Source: Bugula neritina (taxonomy: Eukaryota > Animalia > Bryozoa). Taken from it: a stretch of 64,000 nt of DNA. Each line of letters starts with the position of its first letter. Positions within the stretch are counted from its first letter, which is position 1. Under the pieces are notes generated by a model. It was not told the origin of the DNA, did not search any database, and saw only the letters and a program-made list of their open reading frames with translations. Shown one piece after another: positions 12,111 to 26,400 of the stretch. The translations under genes and the position numbers were made by a program. The stretch covers positions 27,031,504 to 27,095,503 of the forward strand of contig OZ037765.1 of the NCBI GenBank assembly GCA_964035545.1, given 5' to 3'.

Positions 12111-13709
12111 CAAATGAATAACTATAGAAATATGACTGTGAGATGTGATCTTTCAGCTCGTAATTTGTATATTTACAGAAGTGCAAATGTGAATTATCTC
12201 AATCTATAGTTTTTTGACATGTTAAATAAAATGTATGTGATAACATTAGGCTATATTTTGCTTGTAAACATAGAAAAAAGCATTGCAAAAACATGCATTC
12301 TTTAGGATGAATGCCTGCGATCGATCTAAACTAGGTCAGATTGTGCAATATTACGGGCGCACCAAAGCTGACCTATATAGCGCACTGTAACTGCTTGAGC
12401 GTTATTGGTTAATGTTGCGCTCAGCAACCTTGAATACTAGCGTTATAGTTAGCACGTGCAGCATAGTTACTGGCGTTCACACGTCACGTATTAGGCTATT
12501 CTTTTTCATGGCTGAAAATTTTACCTCCCTCAAAATTGGAATTTTGAAAAGCTGTTTTCTAGGCATATATCCCTTTGCAAAGTCACAATTGTTTGCATAC
12601 ACATTAGATTATAGTTCATAATTATAATGTGATTGTAATAAACTAAGATAGAGCAATCCTTTAAAACTATTCACGAGAATTACTGAATATCAAATATTCA
12701 GTAACAGACAGTATAACAGTGTTAAATAGCATTTTGCATTCAAGTGACCAGGTATAAAGTCATTATAGGTCTCCCTGAAGAGCTTTTTTTGTACTTTGTT
12801 CTCAGCCTCAGATTATATTATTATGTCATCTGCATAGAGACTGACTTTGAATGTCTTAGATTTGGGAGATCAATGATTTAATTGAATTATTGCGTAAATA
12901 TAACAAATAATTTAAAAATTAAGTTCTACAATCAAAGCCATTAGAACAATAATTATTCTTATAAAATTAGATATACCAATTTTAAAACTAAATAATTATA
13001 AATACACGTAAATATCACTATTATCATAATAACATTTTTATTAATCATAATATTAGCTAAAGCTAAGTTTGAGCCTAAACTAAAAGTTAATATAAGTTAT
13101 ACTAAGGCCTAAGACTAATGAGTAAAAAGCAATGACTGTGTGTGAGATGACTGAGACTAATCAGTGAAAATGAAAGACTACAACTTATATTCATATTGGC
13201 ATTGATAATTGTATACAATATGTAAGACTATAAGTATCAGTATACTCCTACTGTATAGGATTAAGTATAATTAAACTATATAATAATTGTAATAGACAGC
13301 ATTAATAATAGTATTACTATTAGACTATTAGTATTACTATTAATATTAGTATTACTTACTCAAAGTGATCATCACACTGGACCGCCCTAGAGGGAGGAAG
13401 GGGTGTGCCGCATATGGGTAAAGCGTAATGTGTTGTACAGTCATTGGTCAATAGTCACACAGTTAGTACTGTTTGGGCTGTGTTACTGTCTATCACTATG
13501 TGGAGATTTCTAAATTATTGCTTTGGTTATGACCAATTTTTAGGTCCTGAATAATCATTGGGAGAAAACTGTTCAGTTGCTTGGTACTGTTAGCACCCAC
13601 TAACCGGGAGTATCCCCATGCTTGGGAGCAAGTCTGTATGGTGCTGTTTGTTGATTTGTTCGGCAGGTCATCATAGTGATAGGCAGAGCTGAGAGCCAGA
13701 TGTTGATCT

Positions 13710-14100
13710 ACTATACTAGTAGTAGTAGACGTAGCATTACTATTAGTATTAGTGCTAGTACAGTAGACGTAGTACTAGTAGTAGTTTCTACTCACTGGTA
13801 GTCTACTGTAGTAGAACTTCAACTTACAACTTGAACTAGAAGTCGAAGTCGATACTCACACTCACACTGATACTAAATAGTTGTTTACATTATGATTATG
13901 ATTACATTTTGATTTAGTTTTACTGATAGTGATACTGACAGTGACTCTGGGTGATACCTCAGGGCTCAGGCTCATTATCAATATCATAATCATTATGATT
14001 ATCATTATCATACTAATACTAAGTCTTTAATAGTAATAGTAATACTAATGTCTAATACTAATAGTAATACTGAGTAATAGTAATACTTGAAGTAGATAAA
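13710..14100. repeat. Degenerate tri/hexamer-periodic tract upstream of tankyrase exon 1
   Basis: tagtagtagacgtagcattactattagtattag and tagtaatagtaatactaatgtctaatactaatagtaatac, the latter resembling 6098-6135. Confidence 0.7.
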
Positions 14101-14274
14101 ACATTAAAAATAACATCAGATTAGCGTTACAATAATAACAATCATCACCATTATTAATCTGGCATTATGATTCAGATTAGGATCATCATTGAATTCAAGT
14201 GATTATCATAATGAATATCAATGTTATGTTTAGAATTAAGTGTAACTGATCGTCTTTATTATAATTCACAACTA

Positions 14275-14481
14275 AACGCAAATCCGAAAGCGTTCCCGCC
14301 TAGACACTTTCATTGGTTGTACAAAATAATTTTAGCCAATGTTGTATCAATGTTGTATATTGTTTTTCTTTGTACGCTTTAATTCACGATTCTTTCATTT
14401 TCCCAGACGTCATGTGATCATAATAATTATCGCGAGCTGGGCGATAAATGACGGCACACCTCCGCCAAGTAAATAATCACA
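14275..14481 (+). promoter_or_regulatory. Putative tankyrase core promoter / 5' UTR
   Basis: CpG-richer patch with E2F-like TTCCCGCC, CCAAT boxes on both strands and CRE-like GACGTCA immediately before ATG 14482. Confidence 0.4.
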
Positions 14482-17400
14482 ATGGCGACTGGTAGTGGCA
14501 CTAGGAGGTCAGCTGTTGTAGACAGTTTTCCTCAAAATTCCGAGTCAGGCAGAGAATTGTTTGAAGTATGTCGAAGTGGCGATTTGACCAAAGTAAAAAC
14601 TTTAGTCAACAGTGTAAACGTCAATTCTAGAGACACTGCAGGAAGAAAATCAACACCACTACATTTTGCTGCAGGTACCCGTAGCACTAGGCCTAGCTAG
14701 CGGTAGCAGTAGCTCGATGAAAATAAAACACAAAACAAAAATAATTTTCTGTATGTAAAGTTAATCGGGAGGATTTCTCCTCAACTGAGATAGATGCTAT
14801 TATTTATATCACAACTATTATTAAGTAAGTCTGTCAGTTTTACTATTAGTATCAGTATGATTATCGGTATGACTATGAGCATCAGTATGAGACTACACTG
14901 ACACTCACTCTCAGGACTACAGTATCAGAGTATGACTATGAGTATACTCACTCTCGGTCTTGGTATAACATTAAGGATAAGTTAAATTTAATATGATTTT
15001 AAGTTTAACAAATAACTTTGAATTTAAGTTAATGTTAGAAGTCAGAATATTATCATATTCATGATCATTATCAATTATGATTATCATTATTATTAACTAT
15101 CACACTCAGTTTTTAATTTCACTATGATATTTATATTCATATTGAATGTCGTAGGGATATTGAATTTGATATTTATGCTCATTCTATTCTGATTGATATT
15201 GATACTAATACTAACAGTAATAGTGATACTGATAGTGAGCTTTTGATACTCACTACTAACAGTAACTACTCAGTCGTACTCTGACGCTCACACTGGTGTT
15301 ACTGTTAGTATCAGTGTGAGCACAACTATGAGTACAGTGATATGTTATACTTAACTTATAGTTATAAGTTATACTTAGTCTTATAGTTATACTAATAGTA
15401 TTGGTTATAGTTTTCCTGTTAGTATTACTGTTACTATTAGTATTAATATAAGTATATCTATTAGTATTAGTATTACACTTAATTTTACAGATTGAAATAA
15501 GAATTATAGTAATAACCATCATTATAATAGTATAAGTACTTGTACAAATCTTCAAAATTGGTAAGTAAAACCAAATGTTAAACTGAATGCAATAATTTTA
15601 TTGAAAGTTTATTATTATAGTAATACTCATATTTTTACTCATTCATAGTTGTATTGTTAGCCTATTACTAGTAATATGACTTATGAGTAGCTTGGTAAGC
15701 TTCTGAGAAACATTGTTTACAATTTTAAAGGCATATGTAAGACTAAGTAGGTTAAGTTGAACTTGAAAAGTTTAGTTTCAGTTTAAAAATGAATAATTTT
15801 GATTTTTAATAAAGACAACGCAAATCTATTTTGGATCTACACTTTTCAACATCATAATGGTGTTTGGCGTAAGAGTGACAACACTGTTTTAAATTTCAAT
15901 TTTTTGAAAACAGTTGTAAGACTAAGCTACTCTTTAGGGTAATCATGCATTGCTGCCTAATATTCATAATTAAAAATATTTTAGGCCAATAGTTTAGTGA
16001 TGAAGCTGTTAACTATGGAGATAGCCACAGTTATGGGGAAATAGTTCATTAGTTTTAACTAATTACTTAACCGATAACAATGTATTTTTATTGTTTGAAT
16101 TTTTTATAATTCTCAAATTTAGTAAATCATGCCATAATAATAAAAAGTCTGGTGAAATGAATATATAAATTTTGTATTTTATCTAGACTGTTGGTGCTCA
16201 CCCTTATTTAAAATTATTCACTGGACATTATGATAAATTTTAATATCAGTATGTTGTTCACTAACCCACTTCGTCCAGCCATTTAGTCTAGTTGTTGAAA
16301 ACACAATGTTTAATAAATACTCGCCCTGAACATTATTTTGTATCTGCTGCAGAGCAACATTTTTCTAGTAAATAGGGTCTGGCACGCATTGTATGAACTT
16401 CAGTTGTTGGAGTGTCATGAGAATTGTTGGTAATGTCAAAATAGGCACATTTATCTGCTGAATTAGAAAAGTCCTTAAGCTATGTTTTTCTAAGTATAGT
16501 TTAAAGCTGAATTAGAAAAGTCCTTAAGCTATGTTTTTCTACGTATAGTTTAAAGCGAAACTCTATTGCCTCCCTCCCGAAATTTGGCAGACCCTAATGT
16601 ATTATATAGCTATTGTGTAACTATCTTTCACATTTATTGGTAGAGACTAGCCTATTTTAGCCTTGGTTTTACAGTATTTGAATAAGCCGCTTAGGTATAA
16701 ATTTAGTTTTAGTCTAAAGTTTTATTTGAGATTGGTGGTAGATTTATTCAATGATAGATTTGTAGTTATAAACATAAACTAAGTATTAAATAGCTAAAAT
16801 TGCGGTAAAAATCATCCTCACTAGGCTGAAGCTACTAGGCATTGCAAGGGCTTGGTTTAGACCAATGGTTAGAGCACAGATTTCTGCATTGACTAAAAAG
16901 TTTATTTTGTTTCTTGTGGTGAAATTGACTAAACTTAGCTCATCAGATGTAAACCATTTGTTTTTAGTTATGTTATGAATAAACATTAATTTTGATTAAT
17001 TCAGTTGGCCAACAGCCCATTATTGTGAATAAACCCTCCCATAGACATATCATCCTCCTTGTAAATTCCATATTTACCAACAACAAATTTAAATTCTAGG
17101 CTATTGTTCCAACATTATAACGTTGTTGAAAGCTTGTTGAATTTACTTTTGTTTGGTTAGATTAATTTGCATGAACACAAAGCTACTTGAATAATAAATT
17201 TGATACACTTTGTATTATAATTTTTACTGTCTATTGGTTTTGTTTATACTACTTGTGAAAATTTTCTTTCATTAGGTTTTAGTTACCTATTTGTCTTCAT
17301 GTAGCTATCAGTAAGTTTAACATATTATTTGCAAAAGCATGAACGAGTGTTTGTTGTTCAAAGTAAATGGTCTCAATAGCTAAGTTATTAGTTGATAAAA

Positions 17401-20400
17401 TATTGAATCATAATGTTAATTTTCTCAAGGATTTGGACGAAAAGATGTAGTGGATCATTTGGTGGAGTGTGGAGCTGATGTGCATGCTCGAGATGATGGT
17501 GGTCTCATACCTTTACACAACGCCTGTTCATTTGGGCACGCAGAAGTTGTCCACCTTTTGTTATCACAAGGCGCTGATGCAAACTCTAGAGATAACTGGA
17601 ATTATACTCCATTGCACGAGGCTGCAATCAAAGGAAAACTAGATGTTTGTCTGGGTATGTTACTTTCTTGCTTATAATAGAATAGTGTGAGTAAGTTGAT
17701 TCTGTCAACAACAAAACCCAGTTTTTTTTTATTGAAAGAAATGCTGGCAGGTCATCATTGGGAAATTTTCCCTTTTTGTGTTTTTATATGTGTATGAGAT
17801 AATAGTTGTTCCTTTGGCCAGTAAATCAGTCTATCCTTATTGAAAATATATTTTCTGCTGCAGTCTTGCTTCAACACAATGCAGATCCTCTGGTGAATAA
17901 CACGGATGGGAAGACACCACTAGATCTAGCTGATGCTTCTGCCAAACTTGTTCTCTCAGGTACAATAGAATTTATTAAAAAGTACTTTTCTAAAGCTTAG
18001 TATCTAATACTTCCTTTGTTGTCAAAGGTTTTGTTACTTGCATAGTTTCTTAGAGTGATTTTTTTTTTAGAGATTTTGATAACATTTCATTACCATTGTG
18101 TGTTCTGAGGTGCTGTTCAGAGAACCTGCTGTGTATACTGTATACTGTTTAGATTACCCTGTGTATTGGTAGGTGAATACAAGAAAGATGAGCTGTTGGA
18201 AGCTGCCAGAAGTGGCAATGAAGAGAAATTAATGTCTCTGTTAACTCCACTGAATGTCAATTGCCACGCATCTGATGGTAGAAAGTCCACACCATTGCAC
18301 CTAGCAGCTGGCTACAATAGAACGAGGATAGTGCAGTTGCTTCTGCAACAAGGAGCGGATGTGCACGCTAAAGATAAGGGGTGAGTGTGCTGCCGTAACT
18401 GTGACTCAATATTTTTGGTGGAATTGTTGATATATAAATAATAGACTGGTAGGCAGCAAATAGTCCTGTTGCAATAATACAATACATTAAGGAGAGTTAT
18501 ATGAATCGCGTATAGTCAGGTTTCTAATAATTTCAGAGGTTTGGTGCCCCTGCACAACGCCTGTTCCTACGGGCACTTTGAAGTCACAGAGATGTTGCTG
18601 AAAGCTGGAGCCAACGTCAACACTATGGATCTGTGGCAGTTCACACCTTTACATGAAGCTTCATCCAAATATAGGGTGGAGGTCTGTGAATTCTCTGATA
18701 GGTTCTGTTCTGTTCCAGTGATATAAGAATATACATAGTTTATTGTAATTAGTAAATCCTTGCAAGTCTGTATTGAGATAACTGGATGTGGCATATATGT
18801 TTTTCTTGCTTTGATCTCATAATGTTTATGTTTTGGTAAGCTATAGTGTAAACATATGCCAAGTATTGGTTGTATATTATGCTGTCATTAACTCTCTGTA
18901 CATCTACCTAGGTGTGCTCATTGCTGCTTGCTCATGGCGCTGACCCAACACTTCCAAACTGTCATAACAAGGCAGCAGTAGATGTAGCGCAAAGAGACTT
19001 GCAGGAGCGGCTCCATTATGAGTTCAAAGGTCATCAGGTGTTGGAGGCGGCCAGACAAGCAGACTCGCAGAAACTCAAACGCAGCATCAGTGGAGATAAC
19101 TCCAGCCTTCTTAGTTTCAAACATCCTTTCACTGGTGACACAGCTTTGGTATGTGTTGGTGCAGTGTGCTTACTGTATGATGACTGTTCGCTTATATAGA
19201 ATGATAACATAGTTACTATGGGCATACAATTCCTAATCAGTTAGCAAATATTGTCCATTTGAATTTTACTATTTCTTGTTATGTAGCCTCAAAAAGGATT
19301 ATTGAATGTTTTGCAGCATTGTGCAGTTTTATCTCCCTTTCCTAAAAAGAAACAAGTTACAGAGCTGTTGATAAGAAAGGGACAAACGTTGATAAACGAA
19401 AAAAATAAAGAGTGAGTTATGGTGACATCTGCTGAACTTTCTGGTGGAAGTGTTTCACCAGCGTACACATAACTGTATTAGTATTTCAACATAATAATTA
19501 ATCACTAATTTGATTTCAATATTATCAATAGAGTTGCAACAGCTTCCATGATTGTGTGCGGAATGGTTGTGTGGGCTTTTAGTTCCTTATTGAATGTGCT
19601 GTGCTGGTGTCTCTCCATTACAGGCTGTCCTGTCCATGGAGCATGATAAAACATGTAAGCTGCACCTCAGAGCTAAAGTATATATCTATTGCGTAATATT
19701 GTAGGTTTTTGACAGCTCTGCACCTGGCTACAGATAAGTGTAGCTACGATCTGATGGAGCTGCTGCTAGAGAAAGGAGCTAAAGTGAACGCACTTGATAA
19801 TCTAGGTCAAACTGCTCTACATAGAGCAGCTCAACAAGGCAATGTCCAGGCCTGCAAACTTCTCATGACATACAATATCGGTCAGTGTGCGCTACTCTGC
19901 TTTACTTTGGTGTATATGCTGTCTTTAGTAAATATGCTGACTAGTGAATATATCGCTACTAGTTCTCTGTCACACACTTACATAATACACACTCATACAC
20001 CTGTGCCTACTATCTGTAGATATTAGCATAGTGTCCCTCCAAGGTTACACAGCTGCTCAACTGGCTACTGAACCAGTACAGGAGTTCCTTAGGGAGGGCC
20101 CGCTGACTGGGGGAACAGATGTGGACAACCAGCTTCTGGAGGCAGCTAAAACTGGTGATCTAGATCTAGTGAAGGTATTCAGTAGAGGTCCTCTACCACC
20201 TAGCACTGTATGTTGTATCCTAGCACTGTATGTTGTATCATTAAAAGGTCGAAGCTTGTTGGCTCTGGTAACCTAGTTTTATGCGCACTGTGTGGGGGAA
20301 ACAGGCATTTTAAATATTTTTGCTCCTGTATCATGGAATTTTGTTTTCCTGCGTGCAAACCACCATGTTATTTTGACTCACCCTCAGTCTTTTTACATAT

Positions 20401-23400
20401 GTAACAAGTGACGGAAGACCCTTACATATATTTCATCAGCTTCAAAACTCAAAGTATTCAAGAAAACTAAGATATCAGTTGAACTGAAAGATTTTGCAGT
20501 TTTGAAGTTCACTATCTGAATAATTTCATTAATAAAATGGGGTTTTTAATGCAGCAAAATTGTCAGTTATCTTATTAGATTGGGTAAATGTATAGCCATT
20601 AATCTATTGTTTTAGTAACTTGTAGAACGTGGCACGTATTGACCTTATTAGTGTAGCTTTGCCAATTGTTAAAAACAAAAACAAATTTTTGAATTTCATT
20701 TCAAATACTTGGCTCTGAAGACTGGGATTATTTCAGCCTGGTGGATTAGTTGTGTTAAGTAAGCCATGCCGCACAGTTCTCTCTCTCTCATCCATCTAGT
20801 TGAGGTGATGGTGTGAGGCTGGTAATCCAAAGTCCACTGGTGACTTCCAGGTCACTGGTCAAAGTCTCTTCAAAGTAAACAATGTCAACCAGTTGCCAAT
20901 ATTCAGAATCTGTAGAAGAAATTATCTAGTCCTCGTAGAATATTACCATATTGGTAGATGTCTGCTGTAATTCTCCCAGTTTTAAGGATGTTTATTAATT
21001 ACTATATGATAATTGTGTGCTCATACTATAATAGACTGATATTGCTGCCTCCAATTTGACACATGTTGATCTGTTACAGAAATTAGTTGCTTTGCACACT
21101 GCCGCTGTCAACTGCAGAGATTTGGACGGGCGTCACTCAACTCCTTTGCATTTCGCTGCCGGTTACAATAGACTTACAGTTGTGAAACATCTGTTGGAAA
21201 ATGGAGCTGATGTGCATGCTAAAGATAAGGGGTAAGAGTTGTCTACCCGCTATATATTCACCAACTGTTACCCCCCTCCTCCCTTGCAACTCGTAATGAT
21301 TACTCTGTACATGGCTTGTATAGAGCTGGTTCTACTACACCACATACCAAGTGCTGTCTGAAGTCTCTCTCTAGCAAATGCAGCAGCACATAGTATACCA
21401 ATTCAACCACTGTACTGGTTTTAGATGTGTCACGTGGTAACACCTTGACAGCTAAGAATCAAAGCTGTTATTTAATTGCATACAAAGCTGCTTGAACTTG
21501 CCTACAACCACTATTACTCATTGCCACTACTTCAGTTGTTATTTGGATATATAATTCATGTTTGGCTTAATAGATTCAATTTATTAAATCATAGTCACAG
21601 TTATTATAATTGCCATTTCAGTCAGTATCAAACAATTTGATGAATATTGACTGCTATTGAAATAGATTTGGGCTCATGCAAAGGTTGGCTAATCTTGGAA
21701 TATTGGGTTTTCTAGTTTAAAATAGCATGACAAAGCACTTGATTGTAGGTAGTTGAATCCGTTACACATATGTTATCTATTTAATTGAACTGTTTGTGTG
21801 CCAATAGTTCAATTGATGTCATTGGGCGGAATATTAAAGCTACTTTATATTCCAACTTATTTTCTCAAACATAGTTTTTTGTGACGCTTAATTTTTATTG
21901 ATAAATGCAAAAGTAAGACTCAAATTGCATTTACAGCTGATTTTTTTACATAATGAACCAATCTCTCAACGTTAAAATAAAATGAAATACACTTGGAAGG
22001 TTTTATACAGTTGAGGGTTTTACTGTCTGAATGTCAAAGGTATTTCATGTAATATCTTGTATCCCATGATCTCTACAGTCCTTCATTTGATTTGGTGGAA
22101 ACTGACAGGCTGTTTAAGCATTTATTAATGTTGCATGAAATTCATCTCATTTTTGTCGTTTTTATCATACTTCGTTAGAGTAGAAATACCACGTGAAGTG
22201 TAACGAGTTGTAATGTCAAAACAATTGTCTTTTCTTTTTTTCAAGACACACAACTCCTAAATAGAAAAACGTACTACAGTATGCCACCCCTCAATCGATT
22301 TATTTACATTACATTCAGAACTTTCTTCTAGTCGGACAATATGTTTAAGAATGTACTGACAGCATTAGATTTCTTGACTCTACTTTCATATCTAGAGATA
22401 CTAGCTAGTTGATGTCTGCAAAATTTTGTTTAAAATTATGGCCTTTGCCATTCCACTGTTCTGAAACTAATGATCTAAGTTTAGTGTTTCAATTATTTTT
22501 ATGTGATATAATTTAAATATATGACTAGTAAACTGCCCAAATCTTTAATAGCAATTGTAGTACAATAGACAGCCACTTGCTAGGTTAGAGTTAATTAAAG
22601 ATTACTCATAATGTTTTAAAATGCTGTTGATTTTTTTTACATGCATGTACCTGTTTTAGAGCAGTGTTTATTTATGATGAAGTTTTACACATATTTTATA
22701 TCTAAAATGTGTTTATAGGCAAAATGTTTGTAACGGCATACATAAATACATTTGTATGTTATATAAATGACATAAAGACACATATATTTTGCAGAGGTCT
22801 TGTACCGTTACACAATGCCTGTAGTTATGGTCATTATGAAGTAACAGAAATCCTACTAGAGCATGGTGCTTGTGTCAATGTAGCTGACTTGTGGAAGTTT
22901 ACACCATTACACGAGGCAGCTGCCAAAGGGAAATACGAGATCTGTAAACTACTGTTAAAGGTACGTCTATGATGTTACATTATGTCAGCATGTTGCATCA
23001 TTCTGGTGTCTATAGCCTGACTTCCCAGAACACAGAGTGTTGAGCATCTAAAAGGCTCTTTGGAGTTGCCTTCTCTTAGCGTAGTCTTGTGTACTTGCAG
23101 CACGGTGCTGATCCTCAGAGACGAAACCGGGATGGCCATGACCCGCTGGACCTGGTCAAAGTCGGTGATATTGATACGGCTGACCTACTCAGAGGTGATG
23201 CCGCTCTGCTAGAGGCTGCCAAGAAGGGAGAGCTGCTGAGAGTGCAAAAGTTGGCCACCTTCCAAAATATTAATTGTAGAGATACTCAGGTTTGTGGTTC
23301 TTGTCTGTGCAGATTACTGTGATGTAAAAGTTCATCTCCAGGAAGTCGAGCTGTTGCACCACTAAATGCTGTAGCAGACATGTGTAATATTTTAAATGCG

Positions 23401-26400
23401 CTTCACTGAAAAACTTGTAAAATTAATTGTATCTTCCCAGTTAAGCATAGGTGTAAACTCCCCCCCCCCCCTATTAAATTACTTTTCAGATAATTTTTTA
23501 GCAGCAGAAACTGTGTATTTGTATGTATTGGGAGTTTTCTGTGTAGGGAAGTTGTTTATTAGCTGTTCGCTGGTTGCACATTTCTGTACTGGTTACAGGG
23601 TCGTAACTCCACACCCCTCCACCTAGCTGCCGGCTACAATAATGTCGAAGTTGCCGAGTTTCTTCTTCAAAATGGTGCAGACGTCAACGCTCAGGATAAA
23701 GGAGGGCTCATACCGATGCATAATGCTTCTTCATACGGGGTTTGTGTGCCAAAATGTTCTTTATTATACATGTGTATTTTCTATATTCCAGTTTTGCGGT
23801 ACACTGTATTGTTATGTTGTAGCACGTCGACATTGCCGCTCTCCTAATCAAGTACAGCACGTGTGTCAATGCTGTGGACAAGTGGGGCTTCACTCCACTC
23901 CACGAAGCTGCCCAGAAGGGCCGCACGCAGTTGTGTGCTTTACTTGTAAGTACTCAGCTTTTAGCCAGTTACTTTTCCTTGATATGCAACTGTACTAATA
24001 GTAATTCAATTGTATTGTAGTAATACTTAATTTGACTGAAACCTTCAGTTAAATTTTCTAAGGTAATGCCAAATTTTGTGGTTTTAAAAGCCAATCTAAA
24101 ATGTATTAACTACTGGGTATGAAATTCAATGCTCCAGTAATTGCTGCCAGTTCACCTGCAATTAATGTATGTCTGGTTTGACTTGCAGTTGAATCATGGT
24201 GCTGACCCAACTATGAAAAACCAAGAAGGGCAGACGCCGTACGATCTGACCACAGCCGAGGATGTTAAAGCTCTCATAGAGGCAGCCATGCCGCAACACG
24301 TGTCGCTGCCAACTATCAACAAGCTGTCACTAGACCCCAACTCTAGTCACCTCTCCAATGGGTGAGCAGCGTATCTGTACCAGTGTTACTTTGCTTTTTT
24401 TCAGTCTTACCGCATTTATCAGTCTGTAAAATAAATATTTCTCTGAAAGGCATCGTTACTGTCTTTCTTTCACTGTTGATGTTGTCCATTTCTAGCACTG
24501 TGTCTGATGGTGGATCTGACAGCACATCCTCTCTCGCTGACGTGACGGGCAACACAGCATTCATAGACTATGGTTCTACCCCAGGTGGCCAGGGAGATGG
24601 CAGTCTGGACAGGGAGGAGGGTGAAGGCATCCTCATTGACATGAGTGTCAGCTCCTTCCTTGACGAGGTGGGTTGATATGTAGCAGCGCTATGGTATACA
24701 TTCCACTGTATATTATCAGTTTACCCCTTTAGTATACTTCACTGAGTTGTATATAGCCGACACGCGAGTTGCAGGTCTATAAGTTTGTTCTAACGGTGCT
24801 ATGGTATGCTGTAGATTGGACTGGGGCACATGATGGACATGTTCACTGCAGAGAGAGTCTCTATGGACGTTCTGGTGGAGATGACTCATGAGAGTCTCAA
24901 GGACATTGGAGTGAGTGCATACGGCCACCGCCATAAGATTCTACGCGGTATAAAGGATCTGCAGGCTAGAATACCAGAGAGGAAGAAACAGAAACCCACA
25001 GGTTCGTGCAGAGTGTTTTTCTTCTATTGTGAAGTGTCTGTTATCTTTCAGTCACAGCTCTATTTCTCTGTATACAGTTTATTAGTTCAAAGACTTTGGC
25101 ATTGTAATTTCATGTTTGCTGTATGTTTCCCTCTAGAAGACGGTATGTAGCGTTTCTCATTGTCATATGCTTGTTGGTGAGACACAGCTGGTTATACTTT
25201 ACTAATCGGTTGGCATTTTCTAAGTTTTGGTTTTCATTTCTCTACTCACATTCTCAGTTTGCTTCTTTAAATTTTATTGGTTGTTTTTCTTGAAAGTTAT
25301 GGTTAGTTTTAATTATACTAAGATGATAAGTCAGGGGAAATCTGCAGAGAACTGATATAAACAGTTCCCATTTATCTCAAAGTATGGAGTTATCTGCACA
25401 TTCACTGCAATAAATTTATTATCTAAGCTTGAAATATTCTCATAGAAGTTGAGCCAAAGTTTAGTTTTTATGGCCCACATCATTGAAACAGCTGTGGGTT
25501 TCCAGTTGCTTTGAATGTACATCCAGTCAGGAATCAATCATCAGTGTAAAGGCTCTGATGTTTATGTTGTTAATTTTGTCCTATGAGTAGAAGATGTTAC
25601 GTGTTAGATGTATTGTGTACTTTTAGACTCTGAAAGATCTTTCGATATGCTGGTGCGGCGCCCCCTGGCAGCCAGCACCACCCTCTATGCTCTGGATCCC
25701 TCCGACCTGGAGTTTGTCAACGTAGCCGAGCAAATGCAGAGCACTGTCAAAGAGCACAAGGACAGTGTTGGCGGTGTCTTCACCAGATATAACATTGTAA
25801 AAGTAAGGTTTAAGGACTTGTTTCAAATTTTTTACAAAACATTTTTTAAATTTGGAAAAAATGTCATAAATTTCCAATTTTAAGTAACATTATACATATC
25901 TAGTAAATGCAATGCTCAGTATTCATGACAGTTTTATAGTAATATCATACATGTTACAGATAATGATGATATAATACCGTAATATAGTGATAATATCATA
26001 TATGTTGCAAATAAAGTGAGAGTTTCATAGTATCATACTCATTACAGATAGAGAGAGTTATCAATGAGCGGTTGCTTGAGAAATATGAGAGGAGGCGAGC
26101 GGAAGTGGCGGAGGAAAATAACAATCATCCGAACGAGAGGTCGTTCTTTCACGGGTCACCATTTGTGCAAACTATAATACAGAGAGGCTTTGACGAGCGC
26201 CATGCCTATATGGGTGGCATGTTTGGAGCTGGTACTTACTTATATACTCACAAGCTTATTGCAAAAATATCTTTTGGGGATTTTTTTTTCAACTGAAAGT
26301 GTGGCTTTCTTCTATCATAAAATTTTGTTTTGCAGGCATATATTTCGCGGAAAATTCATCAAAAAGTAATCAGTATGTTTATGGAATAGGAGGTGGCACG

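Noticed and set aside
14482-14560. Tankyrase lacks the N-terminal HPS region
   Set aside because: HPS is a feature of vertebrate TNKS1; its absence is normal for TNKS2 and invertebrate tankyrases.
15256-15555. 99-aa Ile/Thr/Asn/Ser-rich ORF antisense in tankyrase intron 1
   Set aside because: By-product of the hexamer-periodic tract.
20200-20239. 20-bp tandem duplication (ctagcactgtatgttgtatc x2), and likewise the 49-bp duplication at 16457
   Set aside because: Ordinary intronic slippage; no spacers, so not CRISPR-like.
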